Positions 40,124 through 49,198 of a stretch of DNA of 64,000 nucleotides are shown here, in pieces (positions within the stretch are counted from its first letter, which is position 1; every line of letters begins with the position of its first letter). The stretch comes from Candidatus Hydrogenedentota bacterium (GTDB lineage Bacteria > Hydrogenedentota > Hydrogenedentia > Hydrogenedentales > SLHB01). A model generated the notes under the pieces. It saw nothing but the letters and a program-made list of their open reading frames with translations, was not told the DNA's origin and made no database searches. A program made the position numbers and the translations under genes. Location of the stretch: contig CAXXTH010000010.1 of NCBI GenBank assembly GCA_963668025.2, forward strand, positions 832,001 through 896,000. The letters are read 5' to 3'.

Positions 40124-41959
40124 TTACTCACCTTCATCACAGGCCCAGAGATTTCGATAGAATTTCCCTGTTTCCATGAGTTCATCATGGGCGCCTGATT
40201 CCAGGACGCGGCCTGCTTCGAGCACGTAGATGCGGTCGGCGGTGCGGGCGGTTCTTATATTATGGGCCACCACAATTTGGGTCCGGTTTCTGTATGCCTC
40301 ATCAATCTTCTTGATGACCTGTGTCTCGGTGAGCGGGTCTAGCGCGGAGGTCGCCTCGTCAAGAATCAGAATCGGGGCCTCGCGCACCAGCGCGCGTGCT
40401 ATGCATAGCCGCTGTTTTTGCCCGCCGGAAATGGAGCCGCCCTCGGCCAGCACCGTCGCATAACCCTCCCGCATTGGCGCGACAAACTCATCGACATGTG
40501 CGATGGCGGCCGCCCGAAGGACTGCTTCGTGCGAAGCGGTGGGTTTCCCGTAGCGGATATTTTGCTCAATGCTCTCGGTGAAGGTGTTGATGGCATCCGT
40601 CACGATAGCCATGTTCTGGCGAAGGCTCTCCTGCGTTACCTCCCGGTACGGAATATCGTCTATGAGGAGTTCGCCTTCGGCGGGATCGTAGAGGCGCACG
40701 AGCAATGCGCACAGGGTGGATTTGCCTGCGCCATTGGGTCCGACAAGGGCCACCTTTTCACCGGGGTGAACGGTCATCGATATGTTCTTCAACACGGGAA
40801 TGTTGTTGGCATAGGCAAAGGAGACATTGCGCAGTTCGATTTTCCCTTTGGCGTTGTTTAGTGGTTGTGCGCCGGGGGCGTCATTGATCTGGGGGGCGAT
40901 GGCGAGTGTTTCCACCATGCGTTCGCCTGGAACGAGTTTTTGCCGGATCAATTGAAAAGTGATGATGGCTTCTTGAAAGGGTGTGGCGAATTGGGCGATT
41001 AGCCCAGCGCCTGGAAGGCAAAGGGCCGTGTATTCGCCGACGGTCAGGTGTTTGTTAAACACAAGGGAGCCAGTGAAGAATGTTAGAATCCCCAAATAAA
41101 TAGGAAGCATGGAAGTGGAGATCAACATGTCGCACCACGTATAGAGCGTACGCGAAAAATCCGCCGCCACGAGTTTGCCTGCTTGCGAGACATACCATCG
41201 TTTGGATGTTCGTTCGAGCGTGTAGCTCTTGATGAGTTTGAACGGAAATAGAATCTCGCGCAAGACGGAATCCGTTCGCTGGGATTCCACGCGATAGCGC
41301 CGGTCCCACGTACGCACCCGGGTGGTAAGCCAGTGTTTGACCGCGAAGAAAATGATCAAGTAGACGCAATTGGGAAGGAGCAGCCAGGCATCAAATTTCA
41401 TGACGAGCACCAGCACGAGAAGCGTGATGCGTTGTACGGCCGCGAATATTTTGGGAATGACCTCCGAGGCCAGATAGGCGGCATCGTCCACATCGGTCGT
41501 GCAGCGGAACATATGCTCGCCCACGGGGCGCTGGGCGTAAAAATCCATCGAAAGGGCTTGCATGTGCTTGTAGAATTGGACTTTCATGTCCAATGCGATG
41601 CGCGACATGGTGTAGGCGGACATGATATTTGCGGGCAGCGGCTGTTGGTCGCTCCTGTCGGTGCCTGCAATCAGGCCGATTGCCTGGCCGAGCAGCATGG
41701 CCGTAAAAATGAGTGCGGCGGTCTGAATGACCAGCGGGAAATCCTTGCTTGGAAACGCCGTGTCGATGAGCATGGCCGTTAGCATAATCGGCACGACGCT
41801 CATGGTGGTGGCGGCGATGGATGCGGCAAATCGAAGCAGGACTTTGTCCCAATAGGGCAGCGCATACCGCTGAAGGCGCAGCAGCAGCCGCAAGCGTTCG
41901 CCTGTGCTTAACGCGCTTGATTCAATGATGGCTTTGCTTTGAACATCCAGGTGGATCAT
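40124..41959 (-). CDS. Exporter-fold ABC transporter subunit (TMD+NBD)
   Basis: Walker A GPNGAGKST, ISGGQKQR, LDEATSALD; Q-loop Gln replaced by Asp. Confidence 0.93.
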   Translation of the reverse strand: MIHLDVQSKAIIESSALSTGERLRLLLRLQRYALPYWDKVLLRFAASIAATTMSVVPIMLTAMLIDTAFPSKDFPLVIQTAALIFTAMLLGQAIGLIAGTDRSDQQPLPANIMSAYTMSRIALDMKVQFYKHMQALSMDFYAQRPVGEHMFRCTTDVDDAAYLASEVIPKIFAAVQRITLLVLVLVMKFDAWLLLPNCVYLIIFFAVKHWLTTRVRTWDRRYRVESQRTDSVLREILFPFKLIKSYTLERTSKRWYVSQAGKLVAADFSRTLYTWCDMLISTSMLPIYLGILTFFTGSLVFNKHLTVGEYTALCLPGAGLIAQFATPFQEAIITFQLIRQKLVPGERMVETLAIAPQINDAPGAQPLNNAKGKIELRNVSFAYANNIPVLKNISMTVHPGEKVALVGPNGAGKSTLCALLVRLYDPAEGELLIDDIPYREVTQESLRQNMAIVTDAINTFTESIEQNIRYGKPTASHEAVLRAAAIAHVDEFVAPMREGYATVLAEGGSISGGQKQRLCIARALVREAPILILDEATSALDPLTETQVIKKIDEAYRNRTQIVVAHNIRTARTADRIYVLEAGRVLESGAHDELMETGKFYRNLWACDEGE

Positions 41960-42007
41960 AGGTTTTCGCTTAGCACAACGCCGTCCTGAGCTATTTCAAT
42001 TATCTCG

Positions 42008-42040
42008 CCCGTGGCATGGGCGTCCCGCCCATGCCACGGG
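42008..42040. repeat. REP hairpin between the ABC genes
   Basis: CCCGTGGCATGGGCG-TCC-CGCCCATGCCACGGG, perfect 15-bp stem. Confidence 0.8.
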
Positions 42041-42077
42041 AAGACATCTCTCTTTTTGTTTTTTCGGTGATCCGGGC

Positions 42078-43883
42078 TCACTGTCTGTTCTTCTCCTGTT
42101 CCGCGGCCCATAACTGGCGATAGGGGCCGTCCATGGCGCTTAAGCTTTCATGTTGTCCCTGCTGCACGCAAACGCCGTTTTCCATGACCAGGATTTCGTC
42201 AGCGTCTTGTACGGAAGCGATGTGATGCGTGATGACGATTCGTGTCCGGCCCTGTTCAATTTTCGCCAATTGCTTTAATATGAGGCCCTCGGTCACGGGA
42301 TCTAGCGCGGACGTGGCCTCGTCCAAAAAGAGGAAGCGGGGATCCCGAATGACGGCGCGTGCGATGGCGAGGCGTTGTTTTTGCCCCATCGAAAGATTTC
42401 CCCCCTCGAGAAGTACGGTATCCAATCCATTAGGCAATTCATCAAGAGTGGGGCGCAGTCCGGCGCAATCGATCGCGTGTTCCAATTCCTCATTCGTGGC
42501 GTGGATATTTCCCATTAGAATGTTGTCGCGGAACGTCGCGGAGAATAGGAAATTGTCTTGAAGCACAATGGCCACATGATGGAGATAGGACTTGAGCTGG
42601 ATGCCGCGCAGTTCCATGCCGTCAATCAAAATACGGCCTTGATGGGGATCCGAGAAACGCATCAGGAGATTGAAGATGGATGACTTTCCCGCACCGGATA
42701 CGCCGACAATGGCTAGTTTCTTTCCAGGTTCGAGATTGAAAGAGAGATCCTTGATGACATCCGGGCCTTCCGGTTGGTACCGAAAATGCACGTGCTCGAA
42801 TGCAATCGCTCCGAGCGAGTTCTTCAGGATGACGGGATTAGGCTGGTCTTGAATTTCAGGCGTTTGGTCGAGGGTTTGGAGCATGCGTTGTGCGGGCACG
42901 CAGGCCAGCCGGAATCGCTGGATGGTGTACACAAGCTGAATTAACGGCGCCATGACGAGCCAAATAAGCCCTTGGAGGGCGATATAATCGCCAATGGTCA
43001 TCTTTCCGTAGATGACGAGAGCGCCGCATAGCATGATGTACACGGCATGGCGCACGGTATCGTGAAGCACAACCGTGCCGTGCGACCACATATTATCCAC
43101 GACATAATAGGCCAGCCAGGCGCGCAGGAATCCCGCCAGCCGCCCGAAGTACCGCCGCAGTTCATGGCGTTCGCGGGACATAGCCTTGCTGATGGCGTAT
43201 GCCGATAGCCCTTCTTGAAGGATGGCCGAGACGTTTTGCTGGCGCATGCGGAGCTGGGTCTGAAACCGGTAGCCGTAGCTCATGAGTATGTGGGAGAACA
43301 GGTAATGCAGCGTGATGTAGACGGCGATAAGCTCCACTAATAATGGGTTCAGCGCGAACAGCAGCCCGAGGGTGGTGAGAATGGGAATAAGCCGCTCGAA
43401 GATCTCGGGCAAGGTGCTGATGGTGATATCGGTCGCCGCCGTCGAGTCGCTGTTGATCCGGTACATGTTTTCGCCAATGGGACGGGACTGATGAAAAGAC
43501 AACGACATGCGCTGGACATGCTCAAAGATGAGGCGTTTGAGTGTGAGGTCTACGCGCATCCGCACGAAGAGAGAGGATGTGGCCCAGCACAAAAGGAAGA
43601 TGAGCGATGCGAACGCCATGGCCAAAGACAATCCAGCCCAACCGAGAAAGCCCATCACATCGCCGCCCGCCAGCGTATCGATCACTTTGCCGACGGCCAG
43701 CGCCGCCAGCACTTCGACGACGGATTTCGCCTCCAGCACGACGACGCGCAGCAGGAGTTTGTCCCAGTAGGGCAAGGCAAACGGAACAAACCGCGCCACT
43801 AAGCGCAGAAAACCGGTTATCCCGCCGATAGCCGGTTCCGAGGCGTTTTGCGCGTTATCCGTGTGTTCGATTGCCGTGCTCAT
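42078..43883 (-). CDS. Exporter-fold ABC transporter subunit (TMD+NBD), partner of 40124-41959
   Basis: GVSGAGKSS, degenerate signature LSMGQKQR, LDEATSALD; shares ALPYWDK and RP.GE.M.R motifs with its partner. Confidence 0.93.
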   Translation of the reverse strand: MSTAIEHTDNAQNASEPAIGGITGFLRLVARFVPFALPYWDKLLLRVVVLEAKSVVEVLAALAVGKVIDTLAGGDVMGFLGWAGLSLAMAFASLIFLLCWATSSLFVRMRVDLTLKRLIFEHVQRMSLSFHQSRPIGENMYRINSDSTAATDITISTLPEIFERLIPILTTLGLLFALNPLLVELIAVYITLHYLFSHILMSYGYRFQTQLRMRQQNVSAILQEGLSAYAISKAMSRERHELRRYFGRLAGFLRAWLAYYVVDNMWSHGTVVLHDTVRHAVYIMLCGALVIYGKMTIGDYIALQGLIWLVMAPLIQLVYTIQRFRLACVPAQRMLQTLDQTPEIQDQPNPVILKNSLGAIAFEHVHFRYQPEGPDVIKDLSFNLEPGKKLAIVGVSGAGKSSIFNLLMRFSDPHQGRILIDGMELRGIQLKSYLHHVAIVLQDNFLFSATFRDNILMGNIHATNEELEHAIDCAGLRPTLDELPNGLDTVLLEGGNLSMGQKQRLAIARAVIRDPRFLFLDEATSALDPVTEGLILKQLAKIEQGRTRIVITHHIASVQDADEILVMENGVCVQQGQHESLSAMDGPYRQLWAAEQEKNRQ

Positions 43884-43938
43884 CGTATTCCTTCGGGCCG
43901 CATTGCTACGAGGATATCCCATTCATTGGGCCAAATAT

Positions 43939-44003
43939 ATGAAAGCAAATCAGGGGTGGTGTTTTCTGGTATCGAATCACCAAATACACGCACGAAATCA
44001 TCA
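43939..44003 (-). promoter_or_regulatory. Tandem AraC-type site upstream of ABC pair
   Basis: Minus strand TGATGATTTCGT (44003) and TGGTGATTCGAT (43982), 21-bp period; candidate TGn-TTTCAT -10 at 43944. Confidence 0.6.
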
Positions 44004-44066
44004 GGTGGAAGGAACCGCGAATGGACGCAAAGGAACGCGAATATGATGAGGATTCGTGGCAAGAGC

Positions 44067-44211
44067 AGGGCAATCTCATAAAAATACATCATTTCTTTTC
44101 TTTATAGCGGGAGAATTAGCCACAAGAGGCAAAAGCACAAAAAATGTTCTTTTCTTGTGCACCTTGTGCCTTTTGTGGCTAAATCTGGGCTGTTTTTAAT
44201 GCGATTGCTCT
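44067..44211. repeat. MITE-like element with imperfect 18-bp IRs enclosing an inverted TTAGCCACAA repeat pair
   Basis: AGGGCAATCTCATAAAAA versus reverse complement AGAGCAATCGCATTAAAA (15/18); inner pair at 44116-44182. Confidence 0.55.
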
Positions 44212-44247
44212 GGTGGTATGAGCGTCCCGCCCATATGGAAAAGGCTG

Positions 44248-45125
44248 TCAGGTCGCCCGTTTTTTAAATTCACGGGGAGTCAGCTTATACGCCTTTTGGA
44301 ACTGCCGGGCGAAATAGCTGCTGTCGCTGAATCCACGGCATACGCCACATCCGTCACAGAACAGTTTTCGTCCCGCAAGAGGTCTCCCGCTTTGGTGAGG
44401 CGATACCGAATCAGGTATTTGATGGGCGAATCCCCATAATACTTCGCAAAGGTGCGAAGCAGGGTGTTTTTCGACATGCAGGCGATATCGGCCAGATGCT
44501 GCAAGGTAATATCGTCCTGGTAGTTGGATTCGATGTAGGAACGCACGCGCGACAAGCCCAGCAATTCGGGTGACGCCAGCGTCGCCTGTTCCACATAATT
44601 ACGCGAAAGGTAGCCGATCACCAGCGTCAAGTAGGCCCGCATCATGGATTCACAAGCTGGACGCCGGGCGCGATATTCCTCTTCCAGCGGGGCGAGGAGA
44701 TTATGGAACAGATAGAGCATCTGTTCCTTGGAAAGGCGGAATTTGCTTGTCAATCCGCGTTCGAGCCGGAAAGCGGGCTCCAGGTGGAAGAGGGCATGAA
44801 AGCCCGGCAAGTGCTGGAGGTCCGAATCGGCGATGTTATAGCGTTTAAAATCAAACATGACATTGCACAGATCGAGACCCTCGATATCATCGTATCCATG
44901 CACTTCATTTGGTGCGATGACAAACACGTCTCCCGATGCCAACGTATACTTATGATCATCCCCGAATAAATGAAGCCCATGCCCGTGCCGTACAATCACA
45001 AGCTCCGTGAAGTCATGAAAATGCATTTCAAACGAATGCTCAGGGAAAAGGCTATACTAGAGGCATAGCCATAGGCTGGGATCGATGCATCCTGGCGTAT
45101 CGCGAAACGTCCACAATCTAGCCAT
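44248..45125 (-). pseudogene. AraC-family (RhaR/RhaS-like) activator, apparently interrupted
   Basis: Cupin HFHDFTELVIV..G.G plus AraC HTH. In-frame TAG at 45057-45059 after an upstream ATG at 45125. One missing G near 44335 would restore the canonical VGFSDSSYFARQF ending, stop at 44248. Confidence 0.8.
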
Positions 45126-45283
45126 AGTGATTGATAATGTACGGATCCCCTGCGGCGTTTTCAACCGTCCAATCCATTCCGTGATTAACAGGAGAAGATG
45201 GACTCGATCTTGCAAGCACTATTTATCGGCGGAATGCTGCTCGAACGTCTGAATGCGCCCCCGAAACCAGGCTGTTTTGACTT

Positions 45284-45347
45284 TGGTGATATCATCCGGT
45301 TTTTCGATGACTTAATGCAAGAGGATGCAGAGGGCGGCGGTTATAAT
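45284..45347 (+). promoter_or_regulatory. Tandem AraC-type site plus -10 box, divergent from araC
   Basis: TGGTGATATCAT (45284) and CGATGACTTAAT (45305); TATAAT at 45342. Confidence 0.65.
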
Positions 45348-45359
45348 ACATCATCGTAA

Positions 45360-47093
45360 ATGCATCATGAGTCGCGTATGTACAACCACGCTCCTCATCA
45401 GCAGAGAAGCAAGGACTTCACAAAATGCCAAACCGCTAATCTTTCGTATCGAGTGGGTTTCTTAGGCTGTCCGCCTTATCCTACGGTTGCCTGGAGCCGG
45501 GAGAATTACCAGCGCCTGAAGGAACTGGGATTCAACACGATTCAACTAAATATCGCCTGGGGGTACCGCCCGGGCGGCGAACCGCTGAATCTCGAGGATG
45601 TGATCGATGTGCCCGGGCATCTGGCCGGAGAGGCGAAGATGCAGGGCGATCAATCGCCTGAACGGCGCGCCCAGCGTCTGGCGGATTTGCATGAGCGGGC
45701 GCGGCTGGCCCAAGAATTTGGATTCCGCTCGATCTTCCATTTCGGTGCTCCGTATGTAGGGGATGTCAATATTGGCGATGCGCCTCCGAATTGTTTGCTG
45801 GACGGCCTGACGCCGGAGCGATGCGTATACCTGCTTCGGGAATTCGCAAAGGAATTCCCGGAGGTGGACGACATCCTTATCTATAATTATGACCAGCATG
45901 CGTGGCTTTGCAGCGAGTTTGGGCCTTGCCCGCGCTGCACCGGCGTCTCGTTGGCTGCCCGCGTGGTTCCTTTTCTCGAGGAGATGAAGTCCGTTTGGCG
46001 GGAGACGCATCCGGACGGGCGCTTATGGTGGGAGCCGTGGGAGATGTCCGCGGGCCAAGTCCAGCACTGTGTGTGCGCGATCACCCCGGAGGGCTTCGGC
46101 TTGGCGCTTCACTGCAACATCGCGGAAGTGATGACCACACTCCCGGCGGACCGGTGGCTCAAGAATACGGCGTTTCTCGCGGGTGAACGCGGAATCCCAG
46201 TTATTGCAGAGTACTTCCTCGGCGGGCCAAGTGAAGAGGTCGAGCCGTATCTGCATTTATCTCATCCATTGGCTACGTTTCGCGGCCTAAAACAACTCGC
46301 GCAAGCGCCTTATGTCAAAGGCATCAAGGAATACTTCGGCTTGATTCCCGACAAAGAGGATCCGAACCTGCGTATGACGGGCTTGTTCTTTAACCAGCAA
46401 GATATCAGCGAAGAGGAAGCCCTCGACAAACTGGCCGAACCGTATGGCGAAGCGGCGGAGGCCATGAAGCAGTTTTGGCGGCTCACGAGTGCGGCCATGG
46501 AGCTTTTCCCATGGGACACCTCGTGGCTGATCCGGGAGATTGGCAAGAGCGACCCTGTCCACTCGATGAGCGCGGCATTCATCCGGGGCGTTCCATGGCA
46601 CACTCCGAGCTGGATGTCCACGCGCCGGGCGATTTTCATGAAGGTGGATATGCAGGAAGAACCGGATGCATGGATGCTCGAGGATGTCCAGCTCCGGTGT
46701 GAGCTGGCGGCGGAACGGATGGAAAAAGCCCTCGAAATCGGACGTGAGTGCCAGAGCGCTGCGCCGACGGTTTTTGCGTCCAATTTCAAACAGAACCTGC
46801 TCGAGCTCGATGGCATGCGGCAGCGCACCCGGGCGTATGCCTATCATATCCGCGAGACAAACCTTGCTCATGTCATGCGATTGAGCCGTGAACAGGGGCT
46901 TCCGATTCCTGCGAGTATTCGTGATGAGATGCTGCGCGTGCTCGAAGCCGACCAGCACAACCAGGGACAAGACGAACCAATCGCAAAGGCCATTGATTTA
47001 CTCCGGCGGAATATGAACGAGTTTTTAGAACAATATTTCAAGGTGGTTCCGGATGGCGTCTCGAAGGGCTACTTCACGCTGACTTCCCGATAA
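45360..47093 (+). CDS. Hypothetical TIM-barrel glycoside-hydrolase-like protein with C-x5-C-x2-C motif (paralog 1; true start possibly ATG 45425 with an indel)
   Basis: LKELGFNTIQL, YDQHAWLCSEFGPCPRC, LWWEPWE, GIKEYFG. Confidence 0.6.
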   Translation: MHHESRMYNHAPHQQRSKDFTKCQTANLSYRVGFLGCPPYPTVAWSRENYQRLKELGFNTIQLNIAWGYRPGGEPLNLEDVIDVPGHLAGEAKMQGDQSPERRAQRLADLHERARLAQEFGFRSIFHFGAPYVGDVNIGDAPPNCLLDGLTPERCVYLLREFAKEFPEVDDILIYNYDQHAWLCSEFGPCPRCTGVSLAARVVPFLEEMKSVWRETHPDGRLWWEPWEMSAGQVQHCVCAITPEGFGLALHCNIAEVMTTLPADRWLKNTAFLAGERGIPVIAEYFLGGPSEEVEPYLHLSHPLATFRGLKQLAQAPYVKGIKEYFGLIPDKEDPNLRMTGLFFNQQDISEEEALDKLAEPYGEAAEAMKQFWRLTSAAMELFPWDTSWLIREIGKSDPVHSMSAAFIRGVPWHTPSWMSTRRAIFMKVDMQEEPDAWMLEDVQLRCELAAERMEKALEIGRECQSAAPTVFASNFKQNLLELDGMRQRTRAYAYHIRETNLAHVMRLSREQGLPIPASIRDEMLRVLEADQHNQGQDEPIAKAIDLLRRNMNEFLEQYFKVVPDGVSKGYFTLTSR

Positions 47094-47124
47094 GTGTATA
47101 AGAAATATAAATATAGTACTATAA

Positions 47125-47190
47125 CGTCATTCCCGCGAAAGCGGGAATCCAGTGCATTCACCTTGGATCCCCGCTTTCGCGGGGATGACG
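47125..47190. repeat. REP doublet, CGTCATTCCCGCGAAAGCGGGAATCCA family
   Basis: Hairpin 47125-47152 and inverted mate 47164-47190; second doublet at 48951-49012. Confidence 0.85.
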
Positions 47191-47234
47191 TCAGAGTAGT
47201 TAACTGAATAAACGATAAACAAGCGAGGAAAATC

Positions 47235-48879
47235 GTGATGTGTTTCCACAATGCATCTCCACATGACACGGAATTTACCGTTATCGGAATTGTCGGCAAT
47301 CCATCGAGCCCGGAGATCGAATGGTCCGACGAGCAACTGGCGAAGATAAAAGCCCTAGGCGTTAACACGCTTCAGCTCAGTATTGCCTGGGGAGGCAAGC
47401 CCGCCAACGAGGTGCTGAACCTGGAAGACCTGGACGCGGAGCAGCGGGCCACATTTGCATTCCGCATCCAACAAGCAAAAAAGTTCGGATTCCGCACACT
47501 GGCTCATTTTGGCGTGCCGAGGATGTTGAATTACACGCCCGTCCAGCCCGCTTGCATCATGGACCCCGCGGTTCGAGCAAAATATGCGGATCTTCTGGCG
47601 GATTTTTTGAAGACATTCCCCGATGTGCAGGATATTCTGATCTACACATTTGACCAGCAGGCGTGGCTGTGCAGCGAGTATGGGCCGTGCCCGCGCTGCA
47701 GCGGGCTTCCGTTGCACGAACGGCTCCCTGGTTTTCTCGATCATCTGAATGCGGCGATGCAGCAGCAACAGCCTGGCGTCCGGCTCTGGTGGAAACCTTG
47801 GGAATTAACCAAGGGCCAGACCCAGATGGTCGTGCAACAGGTGAATCCAGAACACTTCGGGCTGATGCTGAATCCGTCCACGAGCAATGAGGTGTATCCT
47901 TTCAATGACCGCTCCTTCAAATCCGACCTGGGCGTAAGGCGCTTGGTGAATATGGCCAAGTCGCGTGGCATTCCGGTGGTGGGCGAATTCGACCACACCC
48001 TCTATAAGGGGCTGTATCTGATAGCGGATTTCTTTCCCCGCTTAGTTTACGAGCAGGTGCAAGGCTGGAAAGAGATGGACGGCGTGGTGGGCATCAAGGA
48101 ATACTACGGCTTTGCGCCGTCCCAGTTCTCGGTGAATGCGGCCATGCTCCAGGCGTGCCTGCAATCGCCCGATGCGCCGCTTGAGCAATTGCTTCAGGAG
48201 GTGGCGGCTCCATATGGAGAGAAAGCGGCCTCTCTGATGATTCAGGCATGGGAGCAAGTCGCCCAGGGCGTCGAGGCGTATCCCTGGGACACCACGTATT
48301 TGATCGGCCCCATGGGCCTCGGCCGGCATAACGAGGGCTCGCAACGGATGGGAACCCGCCTCGATCCCCAATGGCACGTGGGATACGCCCATTTGGCAGT
48401 GCAACCGGCGGGCGAATTTCATGCTGACCCAGGAGCATAAAGCCCATCCCTGGCTTTTCGAGGATGCTGGATTGCGCCTCGATGATTCCGCCGCGCTGCA
48501 CTATGAAGCAGTCCATCTCTTCGATGAGGCCATTGCCGCCGGATCAAGCCAGGCGGATGATATCCGCATGCAACGGGAGTTTGTCTGGAACACGGCGCGT
48601 GCGTTGCGGGGAACATCACTGCATTTCCTCGAAACGCTGGCGGCCCAGGATGCGCGAATGGTCCAGCACGATGAACGGCAATGGCTGCTGGTGATCCAGC
48701 GGCTGGACGGCCTGCTGGCAAAGGACGTTGAGAACCAAGGCCATGCCGAATCGGTGGCTGGGAAGCTCGAGGCGTTCCGGAAAGATCCGAAGGCATGGCT
48801 GAGCGCCAACCTCAATCCCCGGACCTATGAATCCATCTGCACCATGGACTGGAGCAAATGGGTGCCGTCGATGAAATGA
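47235..48879 (+). pseudogene. Paralog 2 of the unknown GH-like family, split by one frameshift near 48345
   Basis: Same motifs (GVNTLQLSIAWG, FDQQAWLCSEYGPCPRC, LWWKPWE, GIKEYYG, PWDT). The alternative frame WDTPIWQCNRRANFM matches paralog 1 WHTPSWMSTRRAIFM and joins ORF 48421-48879. Confidence 0.75.
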
Positions 48880-48950
48880 GGGCGCGCCCTAGGCGCTCGA
48901 ATCGCTCTAATATCCCCTGTTGTATAAAACCATGTAAACTACCTCGTAGA

Positions 48951-49012
48951 CATTCCCACGAAAGCGGAAATCCAGTGCAAATTCCCTGGATCCCCGCTTT
49001 CGCGAGGATGAC
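48951..49012. repeat. Degenerate REP doublet (ATTCCC family)
   Basis: CATTCCCACGAAAGCGGAAATCCAG...CTGGATCCCCGCTTTCGCGAGGATGAC. Confidence 0.8.
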
Positions 49013-49198
49013 AGGCAGGCGTTTTTACATTGTTTTTTCAGTACGTATGCACGATATATTCTTCCAGGAGCGGTAATGACGGAACTGCACCCGTATTTAT
49101 AATCAAACGCTAACAGATTCCTAGTAATTGACTCATGGGCGTAAACGATTATATTCCCAAATGAAAGGCTTCCCAAGTCTTTCTGAAGGGAATATGCC

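Noticed and set aside
30441-43883. RiPP/bacteriocin export cluster (ABC + HlyD)
   Set aside because: No C39 peptidase domain, precursor peptide or modifying enzyme visible; the context is carbohydrate catabolism.
45057-45059. In-frame TAG in araC as pyrrolysine or stop-codon recoding
   Set aside because: TAG is used as a normal stop elsewhere (e.g. 4537, 15066, 20196), no pyl genes are seen, and the same gene also has a frameshift.
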